Shown one piece after another: positions 27,511 to 39,334 of a stretch of 64,000 nt of DNA; within the stretch, counting starts at the first letter, position 1, and each line of letters begins with the position of its first letter. Below the pieces are notes generated by a model. The model searched no databases. It was not told where the DNA came from and worked only from the letters and a program-made list of their open reading frames with translations. Made by a program: the position numbers and the translations under genes. This DNA is from Schmidtea polychroa (taxonomy: Eukaryota), in contig CM097885.1 in the NCBI GenBank assembly GCA_044892525.1, positions 57,970,001-58,034,000 of the forward strand, given 5' to 3'.

Positions 27511-27706
27511 TTATTTAAAACAATAAAATGATAATTTAAGCCTTTAGCTGCAAATAATGTATTTAATGAAAAAAATTTCGACTATAAGATAGTCCCTGTC
27601 AATCGATTGTCAGGAGATTGACAAGGACTATCTTATAGTCGAAAATTTTTTCATTAAATACATTTGCAGCAAAAGGCTTAAATTATCATTTTATTGTTTT
27701 ATATAA
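27511..27706. repeat. Near-perfect ~92-bp inverted repeat with an 11-nt loop (foldback/MITE-like hairpin)
   Basis: The arm at 27511-27604 is the reverse complement of 27616-27706 with a few substitutions and one 3-nt indel. Confidence 0.9.
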
Positions 27707-28854
27707 AATTATAATTATTATAATTTTTTTTAATTATTAGATTGTTTTTCCTATTACAAATTACAATTTAAAAAACCACTATTAATATTTCAAAACATGA
27801 TATTTTGGTACAGCCTTTATCAAGTGTGTATCAAATTAATTTTCAAAGCAAAAAAAAACATGATGAAAACAGTTTGAAAAAGTATATTCTAAAATTAATT
27901 AATAAATTGATAGGTTCTATTAAAATCAGTTTAATTATTAAAATAAGAAAAATCGGTAGAATTTATTAGGAAGGAAGTTTCTACTTCACAGTATAGGCAT
28001 TTCTAACTTATAAATCTTTGTATAGAAACAGGACCGATTTATGTACATGTTTCTCCAGAAACGTGATAAAATCAGGCTTGCTCAATTAAATGAAAAGTAA
28101 ATCGCCTGAAAACTCTTGATATTTATTAGCAGGGCCGTTTCCAGGTTCTGGAAAATAGAGAGATTGTCCTGTGTACGGAGACGCATCAAAAGCATACGGG
28201 CGCTAAAGTGATTCCATAATTTTGGTAAAACTCGCTCGCGAAATAGTTGTAAATGCTTAAATTGGATATATAAACACCTACGTGTGAGTGTTTCTACTAT
28301 TTCGTCGTGATTTCAACTTATTCAATAGGTGACGCAAGTTTATCTTGGATTCGCTATCGTTTGACGTTGGTTTGTATATAAGACACTACCACACTAAAGA
28401 TAAAATCCTAAGAGACAACGAAGACCAGCGCTTTAACTACTAAAAATAAACCTAGTACAACTAATAGAACGTCAAGCATGACGTATTTATTCTTTTGGTG
28501 TGTTATGGTTGTCACAAAATTTAACCTCTATCTTGGGTGCATAACGACCTTCCTAAGGCTCTTGTCATTAGACATTAATCATTGCCCTTGTCTGTGATAT
28601 AGTCTATTGTAATTTAGTCCTCTATGTTTTCATTTTTACTTAAACTGGTTAATTATGCATCGCAACTGTGTGCGTGTGGATCATTGATTTTATTTGCCTA
28701 TTGGGGTGCGCATACAGATGTTTTGAAGTTTGCCTCAATTTTTGGAATTTAGAATTGGAGATTTTGTTATGGAAGTTTTTTTGGAATTTTTTTGAGTTAT
28801 GATTTAGTTTTTGTTTAAAAAAGTTCAGTTTTTTTAATTTTCAATGGTTTCAAA

Positions 28855-29126
28855 GAAAGAAATTATGGCAGAAAGAGGATACAGTTTGGGAACCACTGCC
28901 GAATGAGAAATTGTTCGAGATATTAAAGAAAAGCTTTTGTATATCGCTCTTGATTTTGAATGCGAACTTTCAGATTGACAAACTATGACTATTGGAAATG
29001 AAAGATTCCGTTGTCCTGAATCAATGTTTCAACTATCTTTCTTTGGAGTGGAAACTGTTTGTATTCATGAGACGACCTATAACAGCATAATGAACTGCGA
29101 TTTGAATATTCAAAATGATTTATATA
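28855..29126 (+). pseudogene. Actin pseudogene fragment with stops and an internal deletion
   Basis: [29 protein letters not shown][deletion][27 protein letters not shown]...[21 protein letters not shown]. Confidence 0.93.
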
Positions 29127-29665
29127 TGATGACAATGAGGAATCAACATAATCAATTCTCATTAACTTTGGCTTTTCTTAAAACTCGAGTAAATATAATA
29201 TCACAGGCGCCTATTTTTTAAGTTGAAAAGGCAGAGTGAAAAACAAACTATTTATTCAAGTTAGATCTTGCACTGATCTGATCAGTGTAAATTTGAAATT
29301 TTCAAAAATTATTTTGCAATTGTTTATTTATATATCATTTATTTTACATTTTTTATATATTTTTATTTTTAGCAGATGGATTCGAGTTAATATTGTGCAA
29401 TATTTTTATTTTACGCGATCTCATGAAAATTACACTATTTGTTATGTATTTTTACGATAAATGATTTATTACTATTATTTTTTCAAGAAATAAATTTTAA
29501 TTGGATTTCCATTAATTAAATTTATTTATTATTGTTAGTTATTTTTTTCATAAAAAGAAACAGAAGGCAATCACAAATTTTAATTTGTTTTGTGCATTTT
29601 TAATTATGTTTTCGAGAGAAAATTTTAATTCAATTCAATGGTCTTTTTGTTATCATATTTTTAAA

Positions 29666-30178
29666 TTAATGATCTTTCTGGTATGGGTATATTCTAAAAT
29701 TTTACCTTCGATACTAAGCGTGACTTCGAGTATTGAGATCGAATGATCTCCACTACTTACTAGTGATTGCCAATAAGGCTTTATCTTCGTCATATTTGAC
29801 CAAACCATTTATTAACTGAAGCAGGAATTTTGAACATATACATTGGTCTGATGTAACGAGAAAGTTTTGCAATTGAATTCCGCATCAAAAGCTAGTTTAA
29901 CTATACTTTACACAAATTTCTTACAGTTATTTGATTAATTATTTGTTCTAACCAGGTTTACATTATCCATAAAACGGCTGTATCCAGTAAACATGAATGT
30001 GAACAAGACAGGCTTAGGAAGATTCTTTCAAAGCTTTTTTTATCAAAAAACTTACATCCGCATTCAGTTCGCATTGAACCATAACCTTTAACATAGGATG
30101 TATTTCGCTTTCACCGCCAGATATTTTGCTGTATGTCCCTAGTAAGTGTGTGTGCATTCGCCAGGCAGTACACATATT
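29666..30178 (-). CDS. Unidentified gene C, 3' part with micro-introns (exons 30178-30056, 30024-29953, 29891-29817, 29784-29761, 29723-29706, 29677-29666)
   Basis: A chain of phase-0 GT-AG introns of 31, 61, 32, 37 and 28 nt keeps one open frame: NMCTAWRMHTHLLGTY..ELNAD/NLPKPVLFTFMFTGYSRFMDNVNL/LLMRNS..PAS/IKPYWQSL/SRLVSK/KDH*. Upstream exons (to ~30800) look damaged. Confidence 0.45.
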
Positions 30179-30867
30179 CTGATAAATTATAAGCAAAATG
30201 TTAAGTTAAATTTATGTTTATGCGTTGTCTTCTTTTTCAGCTTGATCACTTGCATTTTGTATATTGGATTTCAATTTCTAAAATATAAAATATTTTGCAT
30301 TTATGTGATGTTATTTGTGCGAGTCTCGCAATTTGCGAATTTTCTCATCAAGCCAAATTGCAAGAATATTATAGTGGTAAATGAAAACCAAATATGAGTG
30401 TATATTTCCAGGTTCATCTTGCTATTCTTTGTAAAAGTGTACAAATTTTCAGATCATCTATCAGAAAGGATATGGAAAATATCTGCCTTTGTTAATAAAT
30501 AATGAAATAGCATTATAACTATGGTATAAAGATTGCGGGATATAAATATAAAAATTTTATATCATCCAGCGATGATTTTGCATTTAAGGAAACTGTAAAG
30601 GTCTTAAAAACAATTAAATTTGCAAGGGCAGCAGTATGCTGAACATATTCTGGTTAAGGGATTTTAAAATTTTTATATGATGAACTTGAGTCCCAAAATG
30701 TATTTTTGTCAAATCATCTACTTCATGAGATTCAAATGGTTTACCTAGCCAAATATTTACAGAATCCCAATTTAAAACTCTCCTTCAATAATGAGATGTC
30801 AATGTCAGAAAAAGATTATTTATTTAACAGATTTAATTTTGCGACTGTTTGAAACAAAAACGAACGA

Positions 30868-31173
30868 TGTTACTGCTGGGGTAGTGCTTGATTGACCTTA
30901 ACTCATTTACGCACCTGTCTAGGAGATGAGTGTCCATTCATTTACGCTAAGTGTGCTTACGTCAATCCGGAGCAAGACCCCGCACAACTTGTACTCCAAC
31001 ATAGCACCTGTGAATTGCTCCACGTTGGAAATGTGCTATGCCGGCGAGACACCAGTAAGCAGGTGAGCCCCTACCTTAGGACTACTCCTTACTGAGGCCT
31101 CGACTTCCTTTTTCTGACTGCCGATGGAAGGGTTTACGTCTGATCACTCCACCATTTCCTTCCCTACCTGACA
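30868..31173 (+). repeat. GC-rich TG...CA bounded LTR-like block (D)
   Basis: Starts TGTTAC and ends CCCTACCTGACA. Shares GACTRCCGATRGAAGG with the 3' part of block C (42633). Confidence 0.35.
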
Positions 31174-31441
31174 CCGAGTTATATACAGATTGTCTAATGC
31201 TTTTCGAACTAAAGTTTGCGCTTGGGTTGTAGAAACTACTCTGAACCTTTATAATGGCTAATCAAACAAAAACTAACAATAAGAAATGACGAAAATTTCT
31301 TTATTCTACTATCATAGTACGCTATACAGTTAAAACTACAGGACTAATATAAATCAAGGGAAGACGGTTTACGAGAACATATAAGTCAGAATCGTTCAAT
31401 TTACTAAACATGATCGATGTAGTTGCATTGGATTGAGATCT

Positions 31442-32191
31442 TTACTTTTCCCATTCTGCGTCGGCTAACAGCTCCTCCAGCTCGAAGAATTCGGAGGCAT
31501 TCTCCTCCCAAGTTACACCAGCGGCGGAGATGATTCGCCCTGGGATCCCTACGGTTAAATCGATCGTTACAGGGGGATCGTTCGAAGTACTGGAGAGCTC
31601 GGCAGATAGTCCACTTTGTTTGGCGATTGCTCGTTCACGCTGACGCTTTTTACGCTCAGCTCTGGACAACTGTCGACGCTTGGGTTTTGGAACAATCAGG
31701 GTGTTTGATAGTACGACAGAGGAAGACGCGGTCGATGATAACCCTTTCTGGGCTCCAATGGGAGACACTATGGTTGACCTGGGAGAGAGATCGGCTTCCA
31801 CGCATTCCCGGCAGGGCTTCTTAGCCGAAGATGACGAATTGGAAGGAAGTTCATGATGGACGGGGAAAAGGTCGTCCGCTCCATTGATAGGTATACTCAC
31901 TATCTTTCTAGTGGCTGCCGCTTGTACGTAGACCTTGTGTAGAGCCTCGGACTGCTCTTTGATAAGACTGCGTTGGGCCCTACTCTCGCTTATTAAGGCG
32001 TCGCGACAGTGCTCGCTTCGGTACAATTTCTTTTGTACCTCCTTCATTTGTACTGGGCTGAACCATGTACCTTCCAGATGGTCGATCGCTTTCTCGTATC
32101 GACCGATCTGGGCTTGCAAATCCCTGATTATAGAATTCTTATCTGAGCATGAGAAGCAGGGTTTGAGAGACGACTTCGAGCTTGGTAACAT
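31442..32191 (-). CDS. Orphan coiled-coil/basic protein X1 (TWFSP family), ~249 aa
   Basis: Intact GC-rich ORF with ATG at 32191, 9 nt after the acceptor of a predicted 32-nt intron (32232-32201). AATAAA at 31305-31300. Homologous to ORF 42851-43321. Confidence 0.75.
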   Translation of the reverse strand: MLPSSKSSLKPCFSCSDKNSIIRDLQAQIGRYEKAIDHLEGTWFSPVQMKEVQKKLYRSEHCRDALISESRAQRSLIKEQSEALHKVYVQAAATRKIVSIPINGADDLFPVHHELPSNSSSSAKKPCRECVEADLSPRSTIVSPIGAQKGLSSTASSSVVLSNTLIVPKPKRRQLSRAERKKRQRERAIAKQSGLSAELSSTSNDPPVTIDLTVGIPGRIISAAGVTWEENASEFFELEELLADAEWEK

Positions 32192-33565
32192 TCTCAATGG
32201 CTATAATGAAAGAAACAATAAGGATAAAATACAAGATTCGCTATGTCTATTAAACCAGCCTAGTGGCCTAATCATCTATGAATTTTCCTACAAGCTATAC
32301 ATTAATTTTGATGTGGTCCTAATATATTAAGAGGAAGGGATTTATGCTAATGGGTGAAGAAAATCTCTGAGTTATTATTATTAAATTCGAATGTCATCTA
32401 CCGGTCGAGTTGTAAGCCGTGACCCCCTTTCCCTTGGTGTAATGGAGAAACAACAAAAACAAATTCGTAATTAATTAGATGCGGGGATGACCAACCTCCT
32501 TGTACACAAAATGGACAACGAAATTGAGCCGATAACTAATAATTCCTTCAAATAATATCTTTGGAAATAGACCAAACGCAGAAAACAAAATTTTATTGTT
32601 AACGCCTTCCGATTTCCCCCTTAACCAACGCATTATTCCCCCAGGACATAACTCAGAATTCCCACCTCAGCAAGCGGATGCGCAGGCAAAATTAATCTCC
32701 ACTCAATAGCTGCTGGGTCCCCGTTTAATACCAAATTGTTTGGAATATGCACCAATCACCTGGCCGTTATCTATTATTAATGTTCGGAATTATCATTCTG
32801 CAAGTTAAAATTTTAATCTACGATGAAATTAATTGTATGTCGGGAAACACCTGTAATAAGATTAATCTCATGAAAAATAGTTCGTCATGCCAGATAATGG
32901 AAGCATGAGACAGGCGGCCTGCTATCTATCCGAGCCAGCCTTGTTGTCTGTGCGTGTTTTAATTTCGGTTCTCAATACTTGTAGCTGACTGGGAAAATAC
33001 TGCATGTCGCATATGTGAGTAAGTACTAATGTGTTAGTGCGTGTGATTTATCTCGTATGTTTGCTCATTATCGGAATTATCGTTCGCAGATGATCGCAAT
33101 ACACCACTGGGTCGAATCAATTCGTGGAATCAATATGTCATCTAGGTTGCTCTCTCATCAAACGCTAATGTTGGATTTGTTCCCCGCGATGTGCAGTTAA
33201 TTGTGTTTTCTACTTGGATAACTTTATTTCGTGGACATTTCCTTCGACTTATTCGAAAAATCTGCAATTTGACAAGGTCAATCGGAGGTGTCCTTTACTG
33301 AAGGGAGTTTATCCTACTGTGAGTGTAATTTTCAGAACACTTCGAAATAATTTGGTTAAAAATAAAACAGTTTCGTAATACATTTTCTTATTAAAAAATT
33401 GTGTTCAATAAATTTCATCTATACTTCTCATGTGATTGTATAGCGTCGGCGAATGGTTTAGTACTCAGTTTCTACAGGTCAGACGGAAATTGACGTGCAT
33501 TTCAACAGAAAAGGGTTTGGTACTCAGAAGATGGAATGTCGATTGGTACACTTAGGCAATTCAGA

Positions 33566-33838
33566 CTAATCACGGATATTAGGTAAAGAATTCAAGATGT
33601 AACAGCTAAGGATGATGAGTTTCGAAAAATAAACGTTTGTAGCCACCTCAGTCATTGTTTTTAAGATCGTTCTCATTGTCAAATCCGAATGGTACTCTAT
33701 GTTATTGTCAGCTAATTCTTGCAACATTTTAATTCCCTCAGCGACGGACCCGTGAGGAAGCCCCCACTTTCCGGCCCACGTCAGCTGCGTGATTGAAGAA
33801 GCCTGTACCCACCGGCTGAGCTCCCGAAGGCTCCTCAC
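33566..33838 (-). CDS. GC-rich orphan ORF fragment, no clear ATG
   Basis: GC-rich codon-like stretch (YHGVRSLRELSRWVQA..LQELADNN) on the same strand as X1, about 1.4 kb upstream of it. Confidence 0.3.
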   Translation of the reverse strand: MRSLRELSRWVQASSITQLTWAGKWGLPHGSVAEGIKMLQELADNNIEYHSDLTMRTILKTMTEVATNVYFSKLIILSCYILNSLPNIRD

Positions 33839-35842
33839 ACCATGGTACAGGTCTCCTCAACTCCACGTTACTCGATCATAATTTTCATATAAATTCCATA
33901 AAAATCGAAATTATCATGCATAGTATCTATCATAAAAGGCTTTAAATTTCATTACTGAAAATTCTTGATTATTAAAATATGAGACCAAATGGAGAGAACA
34001 TTAAAATTTTATTAAAATTGTGATAATAAACATTATTACTATTAACTTCCATGAGAAACATTTATTCAAATTCATAATAAGAATACATCCTTACTTTATT
34101 CTATATCGATCTGTGATCTCGAAAGGCTGAGTCAAAAAAAAAATTCGGTTATTGTACTGAGTTGAAAATCCAATTGTCCCTGATAGTCGTTTATATTGTA
34201 CGTCAGTGATCGTCTGTAATGGTTGAGTGTTGATCTGTAATGGTGTTTGTTAAACAGTCAGTTTTTAAAATTATGAGCTTACATGTAATGGTGTTTGTTA
34301 AACAGTAACTATATTGAATTTGCCGTTTGCTTATATAGGAATTTTTTGTTTATGCGGACCAATCAAAATTGAGTACCGCTTTAACTTTTAAATTAATTTG
34401 TTTTTCTTATTTCTTTGGTTGTTTTTCCTTATTTTTCTTTATTTTAATATATTTTTTATTTGTTTCTTAAATTCCTCATTATTTGTTGCATTTTTCGTCA
34501 TTTTATTCCTTATCTTATTACCTTATTTTAATTTTTTTATTTTTTGTTTTAATCTTAATATTTTACGTTATTGTTTCTTTTGTCTCTTGATTTATTTATT
34601 TTAGCAATTTGTGGTCTTATTTTATTTGTTCGCGTCTTATCTGTCCTAAATTTGACGATCAAGCTTTCGACTCAGCCCAACATTACTAATTCTGAATCCA
34701 AACCTGAAATTGATGAAGAACCTTTCACCAACACCTCATTATCAACCAAATTAGAAGATAAAATAAGTCAAAAATTGTCTGAAATACAATCGAAGAATTG
34801 ATACAAAGGTATTCCAACTATATGAATCAAGTGATAAATTATCATCAAATTTATCAAAAATAGTTTGAAACAATAAAACCTACATCCACTTGTTTAAAAA
34901 AGAGGATTACGAATATAATTTGTTTTCTGAAGATACTCTTTGAAATACGATTCGTGAAAATAATATAATACGTTCTCATATATCTTGTAAATAAATTTTA
35001 AAAAATATTTTTTTATTCCATATTTTAAACAGTTATTAACTTTCAAACACTTCCTGGGAATTCAAACACCATAGCCCTAATCACATCACCTATAATGACA
35101 TTGAAGTGATAAATAATCTCAAAAACAAGTCCTCTATTAGATGTGGCATCGCATATTACAATATACTTTTTTTCATTTATTAACAAATTATTTTAAAAAA
35201 AAAACTTTTTCTATTTTATTAACTCTTCTGGCCAATTAAACAATCTAATCAAATAATATTTAAATAAAATCTTTAATAATTTTCTATTTGATCAACTATT
35301 TTCAAGTTCTCTTAATCGTAACATTCAATATTTAATATTCTACAATTATAGAAAAAAATTTTTAATGGTAGACATTGAAATTGTTTTCAACTTTGTATAA
35401 TAATATCAGTTTTATATATTTGGATAATTTTCTTTTAATTATCAAAATGCACATTTATGTATTTCTTAGGTATCCATTTTATCAAACTTTGACAAGAACA
35501 ACAGAAAATATCATAAATGTAAAATGAAATTTTTTTGCAAACTATAAAAATTTTTCCAAAATATATGAACAAGATCTGAAGTAATTAAATTTCTTAATTA
35601 AAAACTTTAAATAATAAATAAAATTGATTTTTTAAAATAATTTTTAACTCGAATATAATCTAAATTTAAAAAAATATTACTAAGAAAAACTAAACTAAGA
35701 AAACAATAAATTAAAAAATAATAAGTATTGTTTGTATAAACTGTTATTGATTTCGATAAAAAATTTAAATTATATTATATAATAATTTGAAGAAACCAAA
35801 GATTTTTTCCAAACATTTTATTGACATTCAATTAATTGAAAT

Positions 35843-36316
35843 TTATTCCAATTTGCTTTGTTGATCAAAGTCTGTGACGAGAGTTGGGACGTCATCGTCT
35901 TCATCGTCAATGTCTTCAACAGTATTTTCGTTTTCCATAGTTTGTGCAATCTTTTTGAAAAGATCTCCCTTAAGTGGGCCAAGTTGTTGCCAAACCTTTG
36001 GAAGAACTTCGGTCAATTGTTTAATTTCGGATTTTCCAGTAACTGAAAGTGTGTTGCATGGGAGTGAAACATTGACTTTTGGATTAACGAAATTAATAAC
36101 AGTTCCGTCATCTTTGAACATGTTTACTTCTTCAACTGGAACGGGGCTCATTTGCAATGATTTGAAGGTTGCCTCTAATTTCTTATCATCAGCAGCAGAA
36201 CTCTTAACAATGACCTTCTTCTTTCGTCTCATTGTACCTTTACCTCCAGTTCTAACATTTTCTGACAACTTACTAAGTTTATCTAATTTTTCAGTGTTAA
36301 GTTTGAAACCGTCCAT
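35843..36316 (-). CDS. BTF3: Nascent polypeptide-associated complex beta subunit / transcription factor BTF3
   Basis: VRTGGKGTMRRKKKV, DDKKL, EEVNMFKDDGTVINFVNPKV and an acidic DDDVPTLVTDFD tail match the NAC-beta pattern. Full length, 157 aa. Confidence 0.96.
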   Translation of the reverse strand: MDGFKLNTEKLDKLSKLSENVRTGGKGTMRRKKKVIVKSSAADDKKLEATFKSLQMSPVPVEEVNMFKDDGTVINFVNPKVNVSLPCNTLSVTGKSEIKQLTEVLPKVWQQLGPLKGDLFKKIAQTMENENTVEDIDDEDDDVPTLVTDFDQQSKLE

Positions 36317-37329
36317 AGCGAGATTCTAAAAAACTTTATTTAAACAAATTAATTTTTGTTTATCGATTTTTAAAATTAATATCAAAATTTTTTTTCGTGG
36401 TCCTTATTTATAAATTTTAAATATTTAATCGATTTTCTAAATTTTAAGATTTTATTATCATTAAATTAATTATGATTTTTCCTATTTTTTATATTGAAAT
36501 TTTTTATGAATTTTTATTCGAAATTAATAATAGGGTATTATTTTTTAAATTTTATTATGATAAATAATATTAATTCAAAATACGGTATGAGTGTATAAAA
36601 TAGTTTTTAAATAAATAATGTTTTAAAATCGTATTCTAAATCAAAAACGGGTTGTTAAAATTTTTAAAAATAAACAATTAAAGATCTATTTAATAAAATA
36701 AAGTAAACATTGATTTTTTTATCATGTTATCACAACAATAATAAAGTAAATAACGTCAATTACCGATAATAAATAATATATAAATAATATATACTATTGA
36801 GTTTAAAACAAATTTCAGTAGAATTATCATTATTGTTCACTCATTATATTTGTTACATGAGACCCAAAAATTTAAAATCTTATTTCTACAAAACAATTTG
36901 TACTACTCAATTTAATCACTGTTTAAAATATATTAAAAGAAACATTAATTGCAAAACCTTCGTTCAAATCCATTTTACAGATATTTTTTTTAATTTATAA
37001 CTTTGTCGAATTCATTTATTCTGCTAAATTTGTACACATGTTGGGTTTTATGATAATAAAAAGTCGACCGTTGGTAACTCTTACTCCACGTGTCACAAAA
37101 TCGATAAACACAAACTCCCAGCGTATATTTTTTTATAACAAATTTACAACTCTCAATAAATGATACCAATTTTTAATTAACATCAATTTCGTTTACACTG
37201 CCTGATCTAGCTTCACTTCGGAAAGTCTCTACCCTGTGCGATTTAAAATAAGTTTCACCTTTCCATTTTCTATTCCACTCTTTGATCTGAATTCCTTTGA
37301 TGTTCTCGTTCGTCCTAACCCTTTAGTTC

Positions 37330-37790
37330 CTTTTGCAATTCCTTTTGTGAAGAGTTTGTCGAATTATCCACAGATCACCGTTTTGACAATAATGAAGAAT
37401 TTTTTCTTATCAATAACCAACTCGAAAATAGATTTAAAAGAATGAAAGAAGTGACACAATTATTTTCCTGTATCTATTCAAATAACTTAATGCTAATGAA
37501 GAAATGTGATATCATAAATTTTGCGGAAGCCTTTGAGAGAAAATATAGTGATGACATCAGAAAATTTTCTGCTTTAAATGGTTATCAAAAAGCCAATGAA
37601 CTTTTATTGATATATTTGTTGTAGCATGTCACATGTGATAACAACATTGTTATTGTTTCTCACGCTACCAGTTACTGTTGCATCAGCTGAACGATCTTAT
37701 TCAAAACTGAAAATAATAAAAAAATATTTGATTAATACCATTTAGTAAAGACCTTTTAAGCGATCTTGCAATACTTTCTACTTAGCAAAA
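37330..37790 (+). mobile_element. hAT transposase C-terminal remnant
   Basis: LLFLTLPVTVASAERSYSKLKIIKKYL dimerisation motif. Confidence 0.75.
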
Positions 37791-38279
37791 GTAGCTGGAA
37801 AATGGAAATGAAAATATCATTACCGATTTTGCCAATATGAAATCAAGGTTTGTTAAGTTTTAGTTTCATTTTTGTTATTTTTTATTTTAATTGTTATTGT
37901 AATATGATATATAAAATGAATATTTAATATGGGGAACTTTTTTTGAAAATAAAAAATATCTTTTGGACGAAAAGTATTTTTTTGCTTGGGATCCAAAATT
38001 TGAAGTTCCACCACTGCCACGACTCCTTTCAATCTGAATTTATTCACAATTTAATTTTTCAATTACCATTTCTTTCAAATCTTTTTGCCAAAACAATCTT
38101 GATTTTTCGACTCATAATTGCATTTTAATTATTGTTTTGATTGCTTCATATAATCTCTATTATAGCTCTTTAATTAGTCTGCACCATATTCTTATAAATC
38201 TGTGTTATTAAAATTGTGTTGGAATGATTTAAAATTAATGTAGAGATAAAATAAAAACTAATCAAGTATTTAAAAAAAT

Positions 38280-38903
38280 ATTTGTTAATACATGGAGAAG
38301 CAAATTCTTTAAATGATGTTGATGTTTCAGCCCATGTGAAATGAAGAAACCATAAAAAATTGTTTCTAAAAGGCTGCGATTATTCCAGGTCTTCACGGAT
38401 CTTATACTGAAGAAAACTTGTCATCAGATTCCGTTCTTGAGACACACTAGAATGAGCTTGACCAAATAATGGTTGAAGAGGATATGATTCAAACAGAAGA
38501 AGTCATTGATGATGATGAAATAGATGTTATAGATGTTATTGATGTTGTACTTGGTGCTGAAGATGGTCAGGTCAATGACAGTTACAACATAAGTCCAAGC
38601 AATTTATTCCATGCAATTGAAATCGTCATCAAAGCATGTTCTTCTTTAAACAGCTCTACTCAAAAAATAACCAATGATACCGTAAAAAATTTAAAAGAGG
38701 TCAAAGATGATTTACAGAAATTCATTCTAAAGAAAACTATTAAAAACTTTATATGATTTTTTTAATAAATAATTGTCTTTTTCTTAATAATTTCATCATT
38801 GATCTGACTATCATATAGATTTTAAATTCCTTCATTATCCGAATTAATTCACAATCCGAAAGAAAATCGATTTCTAATTTTGCGGATTAATGAGGGTTGA
38901 CTG
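38280..38903 (+). mobile_element. Tigger/pogo 3' remnant
   Basis: Acidic C-terminal ORF ending KKTIKNFI. TIR CGGATTAATGAGGGTTGACTG is followed by TA. Confidence 0.7.
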
Positions 38904-39334
38904 TATTTCTAAATCGGTTACCCGCACTGGCAGTTATTTGATTGAGGTTTAATTAGAAAATTAACGCCAAATATTTTCGCTTTTAGATTAATTATTACAG
39001 TTTTCGGAAGCGCGGTTTGGAAGATGATTGAATTATTTGGATCATTAATTAATACTCAAATCCTGAGGTTTAATCAATAATTAGTTCATCTACCAAATAT
39101 TATAAAAGTAGAAGCAATAAAAAACCGGAGGGAGACAAATATCAAGATGCAAGAATATTAAAGAGAAACTGTAGAGACGCCAGTGAAATTATAGAAGCCT
39201 GAGGCTAGAAGTCACTGTTTTGCCCAATGCATCAACCGTTCGAAATGACATCTGAGAAGTTTACTCTTGGTAAACTTTCTCAATTTATTTACGAATATGG
39301 ATAGTAATTGATTTTGTGATTTCTTATATGAACT

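Noticed and set aside
34398-34801. Phe/Leu-rich ORFs and a possible TM-tail exon
   Set aside because: Mostly T-rich low complexity; no supporting neighbouring exon found.
35858-36329. Plus-strand ORFs of 62 and 151 aa
   Set aside because: Antisense shadows of BTF3.
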